DNA of 62,418 bases, counting the filler, from Sphacelaria rigidula (Eukaryota), in NCBI GenBank assembly GCA_964200075.2. It is 7 parts of 7 records of this genome, joined end to end, with 100 filler letters (N's around TTAATTAATTAA, not from the genome) between each part and the next. Parts side by side here need not be neighbours in the genome. Positions count along the whole stretch, not along the records: positions 53,589 to 62,418 come from CAXNAA020009999.1; 6 more parts are not named here. The stretch is one strand, 5' to 3'. The notes under the pieces were generated by a model that was given only the letters and a program-made list of their open reading frames with translations, ran no database searches and was not told the DNA's origin. Made by a program: the position numbers and the translations under genes. Shown in pieces: positions 62,393 to 62,418 of this stretch (the first letter of the stretch is position 1; each line of letters begins with the position of its first letter).

Positions 62393-62418
62393 CTACACGA
62401 TCAATTTGACACATCACT

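Overview
Eukaryotic, intron-rich and TE-rich genomic DNA, most likely from a brown alga or related stramenopile (inferred from intron sizes, TE types and the WAR.NGCPWD repeat family). The window is not one locus. It is seven unlinked, size-sorted contigs (8833, 8832, 8831, 8831, 8831, 8830 and 8830 bp) joined by artificial N44-TTAATTAATTAA-N44 spacers. Contig 1: decayed Ty3/Gypsy element containing a MITE. Contig 2: partial membrane-protein gene with a probable GC-AG intron whose donor is triplicated in a ~180-bp tandem repeat, plus MITEs, a probable solo LTR and a Gypsy RT fragment. Contig 3: near-complete 4-exon LSm4 gene. Contig 4: 2-exon MFS sugar/inositol transporter with an intronic tRNA-derived SINE. 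Contig 5: a gene of at least 7 exons, not visible in the ORF track, encoding a PhoD-like protein with eroded metal-binding motifs and a coiled-coil segment. Contig 6: partial gene whose large intronic interval holds Copia, SINE, LINE and piggyBac-type MITE remnants. Contig 7: intronless F-box-like + 11x27-aa ankyrin-like gene, foldback MITEs and a TIR element built from palindromic ~38-bp repeats. The best leads are the PhoD pseudo-enzyme, the variable 27-aa repeat protein, and two unrelated MITE families sharing RACAC ends and 4-bp TSDs. All gene models were spliced by hand; no database searches were run.
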